From: Neodothiora populina
Taxonomy: Eukaryota
NCBI RefSeq assembly: GCF_041146345.1
Contig: NW_027191413.1
Location: forward strand, 310,001 to 374,000
DNA length: 64,000 nt
Direction: 5' to 3'
Shown: one piece after another, positions 36,364-47,504 of the stretch
How positions within the stretch are numbered: the stretch's first letter is position 1
Layout: each line of letters starts with the position of its first letter
Translations under genes and position numbers: made by a program
The notes under the pieces: generated by a model
Seen by the model: only the letters and a program-made list of their open reading frames with translations
The model's database searches: none
What the model was told of the DNA's origin: nothing

Positions 36364-38228
36364 TTTGTGTTTTTTGATGTCCACTAACACATAGTCCATT
36401 TGAAGTTACTAATCAGTCTGATGAACATGGTCTAGTCGTTTCGAAAGTGGTCTTGAGTGTTCGATAAAATTATTGGATGGACTTGTCACCGGTGGAACTA
36501 GCCACTATTTTTCATCATACATGCCCCAAGCGAGACGGGTATATATTTCTATCCAACGGTGTTATAGGTAGCCTGGCTTGGTATCAGGCATCGCTGCGAT
36601 AGTTCCTCTCGATAAGAAATTGGAATACCACCGAAGGTGAAGAATATACAGTGGTAGGCAGAGGAAGCCGAGCGGCGTGATCGTCTGTCAAGTGTTGTAC
36701 TAGAGCCCATCCTTCATCAAGAGATAGAGGGGGATTCGCCGGCGCACTACAGCGAATCATAACTTGGTCGCAAAGTAGGTTCTTTAGTGCCACCCCTCGA
36801 GCGAGCGTGATCCGAGTTCTCTACCATGGTGCTAATGTAGCCATGACCATGACCATCGCCGATAAATATCGATCCATTTTTGTAGTTTGACCACAACAAT
36901 CGATCACGGTGGTCTTGCCATGATGCTGATGGGAAACAATCAAAACATACGGGCGAGGATAAATTGAAGCGCCATTTCCTGCTATTCGCATTTTCCCTCG
37001 ATTGATCAATGCACCGAGGATGAGCCGTAGACCAGGTTAGGACTAGCGCCTTGCTAGCGCAGAAGTCAGAGTCGTCGCCTCCGTCGCCGTGATTGGTCCA
37101 GTGCGAAACTAGCGTTTGAGGCAGACAAGGGGGGTGGAGCTGCATTTCGCCACACGCCAACTCTGCGTGCGTTGCAGGTCCACAGGTCTTTGCTCCCGTC
37201 TCGCTCGACTCTGTTCGTCCACTTTCGCACCTGCCATTGCGTGCATTTTTGTCGGCCTGCCAGCTGAGATGTGTTTGTGCTCTGGGAGGTTTCTTTTTTT
37301 CCCCTTAGAAGAACATGAAGCTGTCAAGCACTCTGCCAGCTCCAGTCCGGCAAAGCGAGATACTTGATACTCTCACTCTCCCTTATCCACCCTGACGGTT
37401 TTTTGGTTCCTTTGACATGGTTTAGGCACAAGCACAAGCACAAGGGTCCAGCAACGGACGCCGCTATGCTATGCAGCGAGCCTGGCATGTCGAGCTTGTG
37501 CCCTCACAACCTAACCTAAGGTACCCTACCTAACATTGCCTTTGCAATTCGATGCCTTGCGTTCACGTGACCACCTTCTGCCTTGGCAAAAGGGCGTGTC
37601 AGTCTTTGGGTGTGGTGGATCAAGTCGTTCTCTCTCTCTTGCTCTTGATCTTGATTCAACCTTGACACCCACTACCCACTGACTTGTCGCCTTTATTTCG
37701 AAGTCGAATCTCTTGTTCGTCTGTGTCGCCTGCATCAATCGACACTCTTGCGCTTACTGTCGTCGCCACTACACACCTTTTCATCCGACCACGACCAGAC
37801 TTGCTGCACTCTTCCCTCTGCCGTCTGCTCCACCCCCTCCCCCCTTCTTGACGCTTTTCGTCCTTGAGCCACAACACAGACAACCTACATCTGTACTCGA
37901 TCTCCTGTGACTCGTGTTGATTTTCTAGTCTTCGATTCGACCGGTCTACAAATCCAGAGAGACTCGTGTTTCCTTCGTCGATAGATCCTCTGTGTTTCTC
38001 TCGACCCAAGCACGCTCTCCTCCCAAAGCTCGCGTCTTCAGGCGAGGACATAGGCGAGACTCGTGAACATTCGCGCCGTGACAGTTGGCTGCATGGAGTA
38101 GATTATTCCCAGCGGATCACCTATCGTGCGCAGGATCACCGTCATGCGTCACAGACACAGCAGACTCTTCACGACGTAACTCACCATCGGAGTTCAAACA
38201 GACCTTTTCATGAAGAAATCGACAGGCC

Positions 38229-41200
38229 ATGACAGAACCTCCTTTCTCTCTCGGTACATTTGCCGCTCGACAACAAGCCTCACTGCCTGGCTTGCTGGCT
38301 CCACCTGTCCGTTATGCACCCAGACTCACTGAACCACCCGGCTTGGACGGCACCGTCGAGGAAGAAGACGACGGAGAAATCATCTGCATCTGTGCCTACA
38401 ACTGGGACGATGGCTACACCATCCAATGCGAGACGTGCAACAAATGGAACCACATGGAATGTTACTACCCTAATGAATCAGATCGACCCGGCCCGGACCA
38501 GACACACTACTGCGTCGACTGTCAGCCTCGAGAAGTCGATGCTCGTCGGGCGAGTGCCTTGCAAAGAGAAAAGTACAACGAACAGCAACGAGAAAACGGA
38601 AACAAGAGACCAGTCTCCAAGGCTGGGCGGAAAAAGGTCAAGGACTCGTCCCTCAACGGCCCCACTGTCAACGGATGGTCGGCGGACAAACACGCCCACT
38701 TGCATGGGCGAGAACGCAAGAGTGCCAGCCCTCGCGACCTCCCACCTCCCGCAAAGAAGACCAAGACAACACATCGCTCGTCGACAGCCTTGACCAATGG
38801 TGGCCCTGGACGCAAACGCAACGGCTCGACGCTGACGCACCAACGCAGTCCGTCAAAGTCTCCTGCCGTCGATGCCAGGTACGGGCCTGTCATGCCCCTG
38901 TGCTCACAGGAGTTGTTACATCTCGACGAGTCACTCGCCGCTCATGTCAACACGGACACAAACATCTGGAACAGTATCGAGCTTACGAACTCGTTGTCTG
39001 AGTGGCTGCAAGATCCCGAAGCTGTCGAAAGAGATTGCCAGCAGAAGCAGATCGACGTCTTCAAGCGATGGGACGGTCCCTTTGAGAACATGCCCGGTAA
39101 GCCCGAGGTATCGATGCAAAGGAAAATCGACACCAAGTTCTCCGGCACTGGTCAACCTGTGATATACCCTTGCATCACCGGCGAAGAGGAGATCACGCAG
39201 CACACCTTCATCGGAGAGCTCTTGGGCCACGTAGGCTTCAAGAGCGAGTACATGGACAACCCCGAGGGTCGCTGGGAGTCCTTGCGACACTGCGAGCCTT
39301 TCGTCTTCTTCCATCCCAAGCTGCCCATCTTCATCGATGCCCGCCACGAGGGTTCGCTATACCGCTACGTACGTCGCAGCTGTCGACCCAACGTTGAGAT
39401 GCAAACCATCATCACAGAAGGCACGACGTATCATTTCTGCTTCATGGCGACAAAAGACATCATGCCAGGTGAAGAAATCACCATCGGCTGGGAGTTCGAC
39501 GACAGGATCAGGGCCATGTACGCTCAACGCACTCACATGAGTGACCAGGCCTGGGCGCCTGACGTTCGGGAAAAGATTGCTGCATGGGTATCCAATGTAC
39601 TCGCCAACTGCGGACCTTGCGCCTGCTCGGGTCAAGGCTGTCCCATGGCCTTCTTCGATCGCCGTGGTCAGGCCATACCCATTCCTCCCGAGCCTGCGCC
39701 AATCAAAGCACCAAAACGCAAGAGGAAGACGCCCCACATATCTCCCGAGGACAGTGGCCGCGCCAGCAATCATGCCAGCCGTTCTGGAAGTGAGAGTGGA
39801 GCGAGGAAAGCAGAACAACACGACGACGATCTGACCGACAGCCGCTCTGTCTCAGGCTCATACCAAGGTTCCGCGAGCCGCGACATCACTCCGGGTACCC
39901 TCACCGCTGCCGTCATGCCTGAACTATCAGAACGCGAACGAAAGAAGCTCATGCGTGAAGAAGAGATGTTCAAGAAACAGGAGGAAGAGAAAGGCAAGCA
40001 GCGAAAAAAGCGGAACAGTGGTGGATCAAATCTGAACACACCCAGCGCTGCCACTTCTGTACGTCACGATGCTTGTCTCAACCACCAATCACTCTTGCTA
40101 ATGACATCTTCACAGAGGCAACTGGGTCAACCCACCACTTCCAAATACGCCGACGCTGCAACCTCTTCTCGGAACTCCACCCATGTCTCACGGCAGTCTG
40201 GAGGTAGACGCGGGGCTAAGCAAGGGCAGTCTTCATCGAGAGGGGTCTCAAAGTCTTCATCAAAGCCCTTGCCGAAACCTGTCTACGTTGACAGTGCCAT
40301 ACAATGCGATATGGATCTTGATGAAGCCGCCGCACGACCCCTCGTCACTCCACCAAAGCGGAAGCAATATATCTCCGTTACACAACGGCTCCTCCGCCGA
40401 TGTGCGTCCAACAACTTCAAGCGAAAAGCTGATCCTGAGGAGGATGAACCCAAACGCAAACCGCCACCTCCACCAAAGCATGACATGATGGATGTTGATC
40501 GGGACGAGGGTCCAAACCACAAAGCTGATACTGCCGGTGTACTTCCTCTTTCACCCATATCTGACAAGGTCAAGGACGTGGACGCTGATGTGCCTCTTCG
40601 AGGGGATGTGTCGAAATCAAAGGTTGTCATGTCGCCAGCATTCGGTGATGATGACACAGTCATGCAAGACGCAGACCCTGACGAGGATATCAAGGATGTG
40701 GGACCATCAACACAGAAACCTTCGTCTGTGATCAAGGAAGATCACTCGAGTCCGTCAGACAAGCAATCAAATCCGGCCTCGAATCCTCCAATGGATCCAC
40801 CCCCGCCACCATGGCCCGTGAGTTCCCCGATCGAATCACCAAAGGCAATAGAGAAGACATCCGAGATCTCGGGGCCTCATCAACATGGACACATTGTCAC
40901 AGCGCCTGTTGCACCCATGTTGTCGTCAGTGTCAAGTACGGATTCTTCTCAGCCTGGTGGCTCGGCTGCGAAGTCCCCCTCGGTCACAACGCAAGGCTTG
41001 ACGCCGACTTCCATATTTCCGCCAGCTGTCAGTGCTTCGCTGAACCCGAGTCCGATCGCCCGCAAGAAAATGAGTCTGAGCGATTATACCAAGCGCTCCA
41101 AGGCACAGCGTCCAGAGTCGTCAGCCGGCGCTTCCCATCGAGAAAGCAGCCCAGCAACTAGTGTGGTCTCGACTGAAATGGCGCCGCGGGACAATATATT

Positions 41201-41447
41201 GCATGGGAGTGCTATCAGCGAAAGCCCTGCTCCCGAGTCAATTCCACCTTCATCCGCGGAGGGAAGAAAAATGGAATCGGCAGTTGATGCGAGAGAAGAG
41301 CGTCTCGACGAAGGGTCCACGTCGCACATGTCGGCCACTTTCGGCGACAATGGACTACCCACTGTCACCATGTCTCTTCCTGAAGCTACTGTGCAAGCGA
41401 CGACAACTTCATCCACTATACCCAGCACCACTGGTGCACCGGTGTGA
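38229..41447 (+). CDS. SET3: Set3/UpSET/MLL5-like PHD + pseudo-catalytic SET domain protein; probable in-frame 57-nt intron 40059-40115
   Basis: PHD ICIC...DDGYTIQCETCNKWNHMEC...CVDC; SET with RRSCRPN in place of NHSC and GEEITIGW; C-terminal KKMSLSDY. Confidence 0.88.
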   Translation: MTEPPFSLGTFAARQQASLPGLLAPPVRYAPRLTEPPGLDGTVEEEDDGEIICICAYNWDDGYTIQCETCNKWNHMECYYPNESDRPGPDQTHYCVDCQPREVDARRASALQREKYNEQQRENGNKRPVSKAGRKKVKDSSLNGPTVNGWSADKHAHLHGRERKSASPRDLPPPAKKTKTTHRSSTALTNGGPGRKRNGSTLTHQRSPSKSPAVDARYGPVMPLCSQELLHLDESLAAHVNTDTNIWNSIELTNSLSEWLQDPEAVERDCQQKQIDVFKRWDGPFENMPGKPEVSMQRKIDTKFSGTGQPVIYPCITGEEEITQHTFIGELLGHVGFKSEYMDNPEGRWESLRHCEPFVFFHPKLPIFIDARHEGSLYRYVRRSCRPNVEMQTIITEGTTYHFCFMATKDIMPGEEITIGWEFDDRIRAMYAQRTHMSDQAWAPDVREKIAAWVSNVLANCGPCACSGQGCPMAFFDRRGQAIPIPPEPAPIKAPKRKRKTPHISPEDSGRASNHASRSGSESGARKAEQHDDDLTDSRSVSGSYQGSASRDITPGTLTAAVMPELSERERKKLMREEEMFKKQEEEKGKQRKKRNSGGSNLNTPSAATSVRHDACLNHQSLLLMTSSQRQLGQPTTSKYADAATSSRNSTHVSRQSGGRRGAKQGQSSSRGVSKSSSKPLPKPVYVDSAIQCDMDLDEAAARPLVTPPKRKQYISVTQRLLRRCASNNFKRKADPEEDEPKRKPPPPPKHDMMDVDRDEGPNHKADTAGVLPLSPISDKVKDVDADVPLRGDVSKSKVVMSPAFGDDDTVMQDADPDEDIKDVGPSTQKPSSVIKEDHSSPSDKQSNPASNPPMDPPPPPWPVSSPIESPKAIEKTSEISGPHQHGHIVTAPVAPMLSSVSSTDSSQPGGSAAKSPSVTTQGLTPTSIFPPAVSASLNPSPIARKKMSLSDYTKRSKAQRPESSAGASHRESSPATSVVSTEMAPRDNILHGSAISESPAPESIPPSSAEGRKMESAVDAREERLDEGSTSHMSATFGDNGLPTVTMSLPEATVQATTTSSTIPSTTGAPV

Positions 41448-42320
41448 CGACAGCTTTGATCTGTCACTTCTTTGCCGGCACAATGTCGTCGTTTTCGTCT
41501 TCACTTTCTTCTTCGTGTAAGCATAGTATTAGCAGTCTTCATTTTTTTCTCCCAAAGAAGACGGGATGGAAGATTTGGAATGTTTTCATGACACTCTCGC
41601 CTCTCAATTACCTTTTTATGTAATGGGTACTGTATTTTCCCTCTTACCACACCTTCCCGTCCTTCTCCCAAGCGTCTACGAGCTAAAGATTTGATGGTCA
41701 TGGATGGTTTCTGTATGATTGAGTAGTGTAGACATGATGGGATATATTCTTCTTTCAGCTATGCTGGGACAATGGTCTTTTTTCTTCGCTGAGTGAGACG
41801 AATTTTCCGTAGTCTCTTTCGAAGGCAATAATGTCCTTTCAACAATTGCCACTTGAACACCTCTTTGTGTTTTGATCGTTGCTGCTTAAGTGTAGCACTA
41901 AAAAGGTGTCAAGGAGCCCCATAACGCAGTCACGGAGCATTAGGGACTGTGTGAGAACACTGATTCCAACAGTAAAGAGCAGATTTCTTTACGCTGCTTA
42001 CCCGCTTAAGTGGTGGAGTGGGCTTCCGGTGATGATAAGTCGTGTGTAAACACTGTCTGCCTTGTCTAGTATTCCTCTTCAGACACTTACTGTATGTTGC
42101 ATCGCATAGCATACTGCGCAGCCACTCAGTATGCAGCTGTGGTGAGTTTCTCAGCTTACATGAAGAACAAGGCAGAGATGAATGGCTATAATCAATGGGT
42201 CATCTGCCTCTACAATACCTTGGTATAGCGATGGAGTCGAGTCGGCCAATGCAGTGAATCTCTCTGATCGCATCGAGACCAGGTCTGGCTATTCTACCTT
42301 AACATTTACCCTGTCCCCGA

Positions 42321-42352
42321 TGCGGCTGCGGCTGCGGCTGCGGCTGCGGCTG
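42321..42352. repeat. (TGCGGC)5 hexamer repeat
   Basis: Read directly. Confidence 0.9.
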
Positions 42353-43214
42353 CCGGCTACGGCGTATTCGAGACGTAAAGTGAAATCCGGAGAAAAGTCG
42401 AACAGATCACCTCACACCACCAGACAAATCCATTTTTTTACCATTGCTTTCCTCAAACCACCGTGCTGTATCGTACATGTGACTCTCGCTCTTGGTCAGT
42501 GTCGATTGCTTATTCTAGACCTTTTTGATGTCCCATCCGGACAGGGTTTCTCGAGAGCTATGGCGAATAACGAAGCGAATATGAGTTTATTTTGTCGTGA
42601 GGTACGCGGCCCCGGCGGTGTTTGTTGATTTGAGCAGTCCGGTGCATTTATTCATCCATTTGTTCAATATTATGGAATCCTTGATGAGCCTGCTTCGCGT
42701 GCGGATACACGAGATCTGTTCGGCATCGACATCTGCATCGATCGGATCACGGGTCTATAATTCGTGCATGTGCCGCCTTATTTACTTACTGTTTCACTCT
42801 TCCCGTACGTACGCACACACGTGCGGAGTATAAGGTAGTCGTTGTATCTGGTGACAGGTCATCTGTTCAGGACAAATCAATAGTAGGTAGTGCTGATGCC
42901 GTCGCGCCCGCGGTCAGGTCCTATCTCTACAGGATAATAGTGTGTACGAGTCCCCCAGGTCATTAGTGGCTTCTCCGATTTGTTCTCGGTGAGGGTGGAC
43001 TGGGGGTCTCGTCGTTGCAGTATATCAATCTGGTAGGGGCCCGTCTATATGGTTTCGCTTCTTTTTTTCCTCCTGCTCTCTTACTCTGAATATACTTACG
43101 CTTCCTCGCTTGCGGTTGCTTATTGTTATTTATCTTGAACTCTATACACTTTGAATTGAGCTATTGACCACCTTACACACACATATAATCCAACAAGGCA
43201 CGTTGTATACTACT

Positions 43215-43928
43215 ATGGGAAGCTCTTGGCCAAACGAATTAGACCTCGAACTCTACATGAACTATCCCGACCTGCGAGATTCATTCACTACTTTGCCGAC
43301 CGAGGCTTATTACACTGAGCAAGCCCGACTACGTAAACAAAAGATCGTCGCTGCGAACCGGGCTCCAAGACCTCCATACTCGCGCTCGCAGCAGCTTCTG
43401 CGCTCTCAACTATCCTCATCGCTGCCACCAGCCTCGATAGCGAAGACCCAGAGAGAGCGATCATTGACTTCTTCCTCGACGCCTAGAAGTGGACGTCCAA
43501 CGACAGCAGCGAAACACGTTACATTTGCACCATATCCTGCCCCGCCATCGACAGCGATCAGAAGGGTCAAGTCGCTGGTAGATCTGGACTTGTACTTCCA
43601 CTGTAAAGACCTGCGCAACGACATCATAGAAGAAACAGCAGAAGAGATTGCCTCGAAGCCTACTCGACATGGCAAAAGCTTCTCGCAAGCAGAGAGAAGA
43701 CAAGAAGAAGAAGACGACGACGCAGAGCAAGACCGCGGACAGATGATCCGAGAAGCGATGCTCTTCGCCAGCACATCGCTCTCGCCGGGCTTGGTCCGCG
43801 CAGTCGATAGGCAGACAAACGTCATGACAGAGGCTCGAAGACAAAGGCAGGAACTAGTGACAGAGGAGAATCAATATCTGTCGCTTCATCCTGCTATCGC
43901 TCGTGCGTTGGCCAAAGCGAGACTGTAA
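43215..43928 (+). CDS. Hypothetical protein (237 aa) with two copies of DLxLYxxxxDLRxx
   Basis: Long open frame from ATG 43215 after a pyrimidine-rich leader; internal peptide duplication; no family recognised. Confidence 0.65.
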   Translation: MGSSWPNELDLELYMNYPDLRDSFTTLPTEAYYTEQARLRKQKIVAANRAPRPPYSRSQQLLRSQLSSSLPPASIAKTQRERSLTSSSTPRSGRPTTAAKHVTFAPYPAPPSTAIRRVKSLVDLDLYFHCKDLRNDIIEETAEEIASKPTRHGKSFSQAERRQEEEDDDAEQDRGQMIREAMLFASTSLSPGLVRAVDRQTNVMTEARRQRQELVTEENQYLSLHPAIARALAKARL

Positions 43929-44706
43929 AAAAGAAAAGTTCCCGATTTCTCCTGGACCTATTTTTTCTTCCCTTACTGCCGGATTTCGATTCCCGCGATG
44001 ACGATGATAATGAGGGGCTTCATATGCGAGTTTTCCATACAGGAGGTCAAGTCTGAGGGGAGCACCAAACAAGGTTCTCGTTACTGCCCTTCATCAGGGC
44101 GTAAAGGAAGCGTAGGCTCGAGATTGAAAGCGTGAGCAAAACACTACTTCTTGAAGTCTTGGAGTACAAAAGACTGACTTTCAAACGAACAGGACTCTAG
44201 CAGACATCCTATGACCCCAGGCATAAAGCATATAGTAGCCTACCTGCTTGGTCTTTGTCTAATCAGGCCACACTTCTGTTCCTTATTTCACTTGGACAGA
44301 ACCAAGACGGAGCGACCTACATTCGGCATCAGAACGAGATCTACCCATGACATCACGCACAGGTACTGAGAGAAGATCAGATCACTAGAAGATGTTCCGC
44401 TGTCAAGGACTCTTCTCTCTCAATTGACTGGTCAATCTCTCAAATACGTGTCGGAAGAGCTATCGTCTCAACTGATGGCGAGCAAGTTTAGTGTATACCT
44501 ACAGGGTGCCAGCATCCAGCTGACGTGGGTGCAAGGTGTGGCAAGCGGTGGGTTCGACAAAGTAATGCTCATCAGAATAAGAAGCACAGCCTGGGGCAGG
44601 CGAATAGACAAGCTGAAGGTCAGTAGTGGCTGTGGGACTTCTGATTTAACGTCTATGATGCATTACCAGAGTCTCAAGTCAAATCTGGTTGGATTACGGT
44701 ACTAAA

Positions 44707-44766
44707 AGGGCTATGATACACGATGGTAGCTACTCTAGAGGGCTATAATTACACAACGGTAGCTAC
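44707..44766. repeat. Imperfect direct repeat AGGGCTAT(G/AA)..TACAC.A.GGTAGCTAC x2
   Basis: Units at 44707-44733 and 44739-44766. Confidence 0.8.
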
Positions 44767-45129
44767 ATTATCCATCTTGTAGCTTTTCCATTACGAGACA
44801 GCTTGTCCGCCTAGACTCGTTCGCGTAGCGCTTAAACCTTTGAAGTCGAGACACTATTGACAAGCTTAGTCGGATTCGTACGTCTCCGAAATCGAGACTT
44901 CATTATAGCCTGACCCAGTTTCGAATGTTTTCGAGACTAAGGCTTCTCTGGTGAACCCGACCAAGCCCTATGAATGCGTTCGAGGAAACAGCCAATTCGT
45001 CCAGAAAGTATCCGGTCCAAAGCTGGAAGATTGGTGAAACTTCAAACACCTGTGAGTTCTCGCGCAGTCGTCGATTGAGCTCCCCCTACGAAATGGAAGG
45101 CGCAGCCACGATGGGGCACACTCACTCCC

Positions 45130-46778
45130 TCAGCCAATCCTGCGTCTCTTCTGGTCCTGTCTGCCACCCTTGCGCGACCTCTTGAGCGCCGGTTCCCCAT
45201 AGCTAGATCCAGCCTCCGACTCTCCATCGTCATGATCCATCATACCGTCCTCATCTGAGTCTTCATCATCGCTTTCAAACCGCTTGTCTTCCTCGATAGC
45301 CGTGGGAAGAACAATCGTATCTGCATCGCTGGAAGCATCGTCGGACTCCTCCTCGGCGCCTTCGTCATCGGCGAACATGTAGCGCTCTAATTCCGAGAGG
45401 CTGGATTCGTCTTCAGACTCGTCTTGAGTCGTGTCTGTCATGTCTGTGTCTGAGTCGATGTTTTCAGTGTCGACAATTGAGCGGGGTGATGTATGAGCAG
45501 AGGTGGTATCGGTTTCTGTTGGTCTCGTGACGGGCTGGCTGATGATTTCTATACGATCGCTGAGTCTGCGGGCGAATACGTATTCGACTATTTCTTGTCA
45601 GCAAGCTCCAGGCTCATATCACGAGAGATGTATCTGTAAAACTCACGAGCAGGAGCATCATGACGACTCTCCCTCAAAGCCTCAATTTCCTCAGGGGTAA
45701 AAGTCCGCCACGCAAAGAACTCTATACCATGATGATGGGGCCCCTTTGAAGAGTTCGCGTGGGCGCCGCTGATGTGTCTGTTGCATCCTCCTAGACCCCC
45801 GAAGAAGACTGGAGTCATGCCAGGTCTGGAGGCGTTGATGCCGCAGTAGGGGCATCTGAGCTCTACGTATACCCCGTCTGCCCTTCGGAGTATATGCGGC
45901 GGGAGTTTCTTTCCTGGCCTTGGAGTGCTTGTGGACTCAGTCGAGATGGAATCCTGAGGTGTGTTTTCACGGCTAGATGGGGAGCTACTGCCTGTCTGAC
46001 TGCTCTGTGCAGGAGCAGTTGCGAAGGGGGTTTTGCTGATTGGATTTGAGGATGCAGGCAGTGAGAAAAGGCGGCGCACTTCGTTTATGGATACTTCTCT
46101 GACTTTACAGAGTTGGAGAGTGCGTATCAAAGTGACCTCGTTCGGATAATTGTGCGACTCAAGTAAGTGAGCACGCATACCCATGACACCTTGAGCGTAC
46201 AGATGGCTCTTTGGACTGAAGTTTCCTTTGCAGAGATAGCATCGGATCTCGCTGAAGCCAGAGCCATCCAGGACGACGCTTGGTGCTGATGGCAGAAAGT
46301 AGTAAGGTGCTTTGGACTGTATAGCCTTGATACAGGCCAAGAGATCGTATTGTATTGCATCGTGCGGGAGGACATGAGCAGCAATACCATCACGCTGGTC
46401 GTCGCGATCAGAAACGGAAGATGACTGAGCAACTTTTTCAGTGGTAAAATCCGCAGAGGTATCACCATCTGGCAATTCTCCTCGGTCGATAGCCTAGATC
46501 ATGCTTTAGTAGAGGCACTAACAAAAATAAAAATGTGAAGCGAAAAGTGAACTTACAAGACGTTGTTGATGTATCTCATCAAGATTCTTCTCGTACTGCT
46601 CTTCCTCAGCAACAAGCTCCTTCTCAGCAACCTCAAAGACAATCTTAGCATGATCAAAGTTCTTGCGCTTCTGGGCGAGAGAATCCTGTAGTCCTTTTTG
46701 TTGCATGATCAAAGCAATGCGCGCGGCAACAATGCGTTCTTCGCGCTCGGTTTCGAGCGCATGCTCACTTTCGACCAT
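45130..46778 (-). CDS. Hypothetical protein A (~508 aa): N-terminal coiled coil, two long-spacer C2H2 modules, acidic tail and basic NLS-like end; exons 46778-46557, 46493-45647, 45587-45130
   Basis: Three separate ORF-track fragments join in frame through two canonical introns (GTAAGT..TAG, GTGAGT..CTGAC..TAG). Confidence 0.75.
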
Positions 46779-47504
46779 TTTGATGGGATCAGAAATGAAG
46801 AATGAGTTCAGGAGTGATTAAAAGGCGATGCTTTGCTGTGTGTGGTAGTGCCAATCGCGTAATTTGATCTTCTTGGACCATGTGGGATGAATGATGGAGC
46901 AAGTGATGGTAGAGAGGTCTGACCTTGTTGAGACCACATTACGCGCACTTACACCTGAGCACGCCCCTAGAGCTACATGACATGTACCAACAACAAGACT
47001 AGGTCGATGCAAACAGGAAAGCTTAGACGAAATGGGTTACATACATTAATCATGCTAGGGTGAACATCTCATCTAAAATCCCCTACCAAAAACAGTACCA
47101 TGTTCATGATTGAGATGTGGGACTTTTCCAGCTAAGACTACAGCAACACCTTATACATTAGCAAGATAACAGCATCCGGAGTGATTCAGAGCACCAAAAG
47201 TCAAGCGTTCTGGCTTCAAATATAAGAGAGACAAAAGGACTTTCTGAACGAAGGCAGCAAGATGTAAGGTTGTCCGGTTGTTAGACAATACCTTGCTCCC
47301 GGTACACCGAAATCCCAGACTATACATGCTTGTTTCCTGTCTATAACCCATTATAAGCCCTGAGAGGTATAAGTGAGCAGTATCAACCTTTGGCATCAAA
47401 AGGTTCAAGTAATTGCTGGCGAAATGCATGAGTCCATATGTGCGAAAGTGATGCTAGCTTTGGTCGAGAACCTGGTCAGTACTCCGAGCAGTTGAGCTAG
47501 AAGT

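Noticed and set aside
35795..36394. 199-aa ORF
   Set aside because: Starts at GTG, runs through the 5S rRNA gene, no motifs.
44920..45125. Extra downstream exon of paralogue A (GTGAGT donor just after the stop)
   Set aside because: The donor lies past the TGA and the joined frame closes immediately; at most a 3' UTR intron.
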